This document shows, piece after piece, positions 63,440 through 64,000 of a stretch of 64,000 nucleotides of DNA. The position numbers and the translations under genes were made by a program. Positions within the stretch are counted from its first letter, which is position 1, and each line of letters opens with the position of its first letter. Origin of the DNA: Tubiluchus corallicola (lineage: Eukaryota; Animalia; Priapulida); contig JAQGDQ010000322.1 of NCBI GenBank assembly GCA_030141605.1, positions 186,001-250,000 of the forward strand, given 5' to 3'. Below the pieces are notes generated by a model. The model was not told where the DNA came from. It did no database searches and saw only the letters and a program-made list of their open reading frames with translations.

Positions 63440-63900
63440 AATTATATTACATTATACAGTGTTGTAAGGAGCTATAATAGATATCTTAAAACATAATCTT
63501 TAAATGAGTTCTTAACCTTTAATTTTACATTTTCATTTAGATCTACAGTACAACCATATTTAAATTTCAAATTTACTTGACTGTTATTTACATAATAGCA
63601 TAGTTTTGGAATTCTAAATGTGCAAGAGTTTACAATTTTTCTCACAAAGTTTAATTTTTGAATATCTATTAAATAATTCGCAGGCATTGTGCCACAAAAA
63701 TACATTAACAATTTGACGCTTTCATTTTGTCTAAAACCGAATATTTTTCTATAAGCAATGTTCCATTTTGTCGTTGTTTTTGGAGCAGTGTGTCAATGTT
63801 TGAATTGTTTGCATTTTGTCTACATTTAATGTCTGTCATTGTCTTTGAAGGTCTGTGCTTTTTTAGTACATTAATTATCCTTACATTGTGACGATGAAAA
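63440..63900 (-). mobile_element. Possible decayed LINE ORF2 3' fragment
   Basis: Minus strand gives KWNIAYRKIFGFRQNESVKLLMYFCG..., resembling non-LTR retrotransposon C-termini. Confidence 0.4.
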
Positions 63901-64000
63901 AATGTCTTCGTTAAATTATAAGCTATAAAAATTTCTTTTACATTCGAATTTAGTAAAGTTTAATTTGGACATTTTTGATAAAATGTGTGCCTTTTTGCAT

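Overview
AT-rich animal (invertebrate-type) nuclear DNA with GT-AG spliced genes and repeat-filled introns. Exons were assembled by hand from reading-frame and splice-phase continuity. Gene order: uncharacterised 2-exon gene (+, 775-2560), SNAPC1 (-, 10 coding exons), IMP3 (+, 6 exons), CIAO2B/FAM96B (-, intronless CDS), CDC26 (-), PRPF4 (+, 11 coding exons), then a probable first coding exon of an unidentified gene (+, ~58 kb). Introns hold minisatellites, MITEs, CR1/L2 and Penelope fragments, and a full-length 5S-rRNA-headed SINE with a target-site duplication. Most notable: a predicted splice that creates the CDC26 stop codon and places the CIAO2B start codon 10 nt later, i.e. a candidate bicistronic CDC26-CIAO2B mRNA, in a locus that keeps the CDC26/PRPF4 head-to-head arrangement seen in human. 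Gene names rest on my recognition of the translated sequence; no database search was run.
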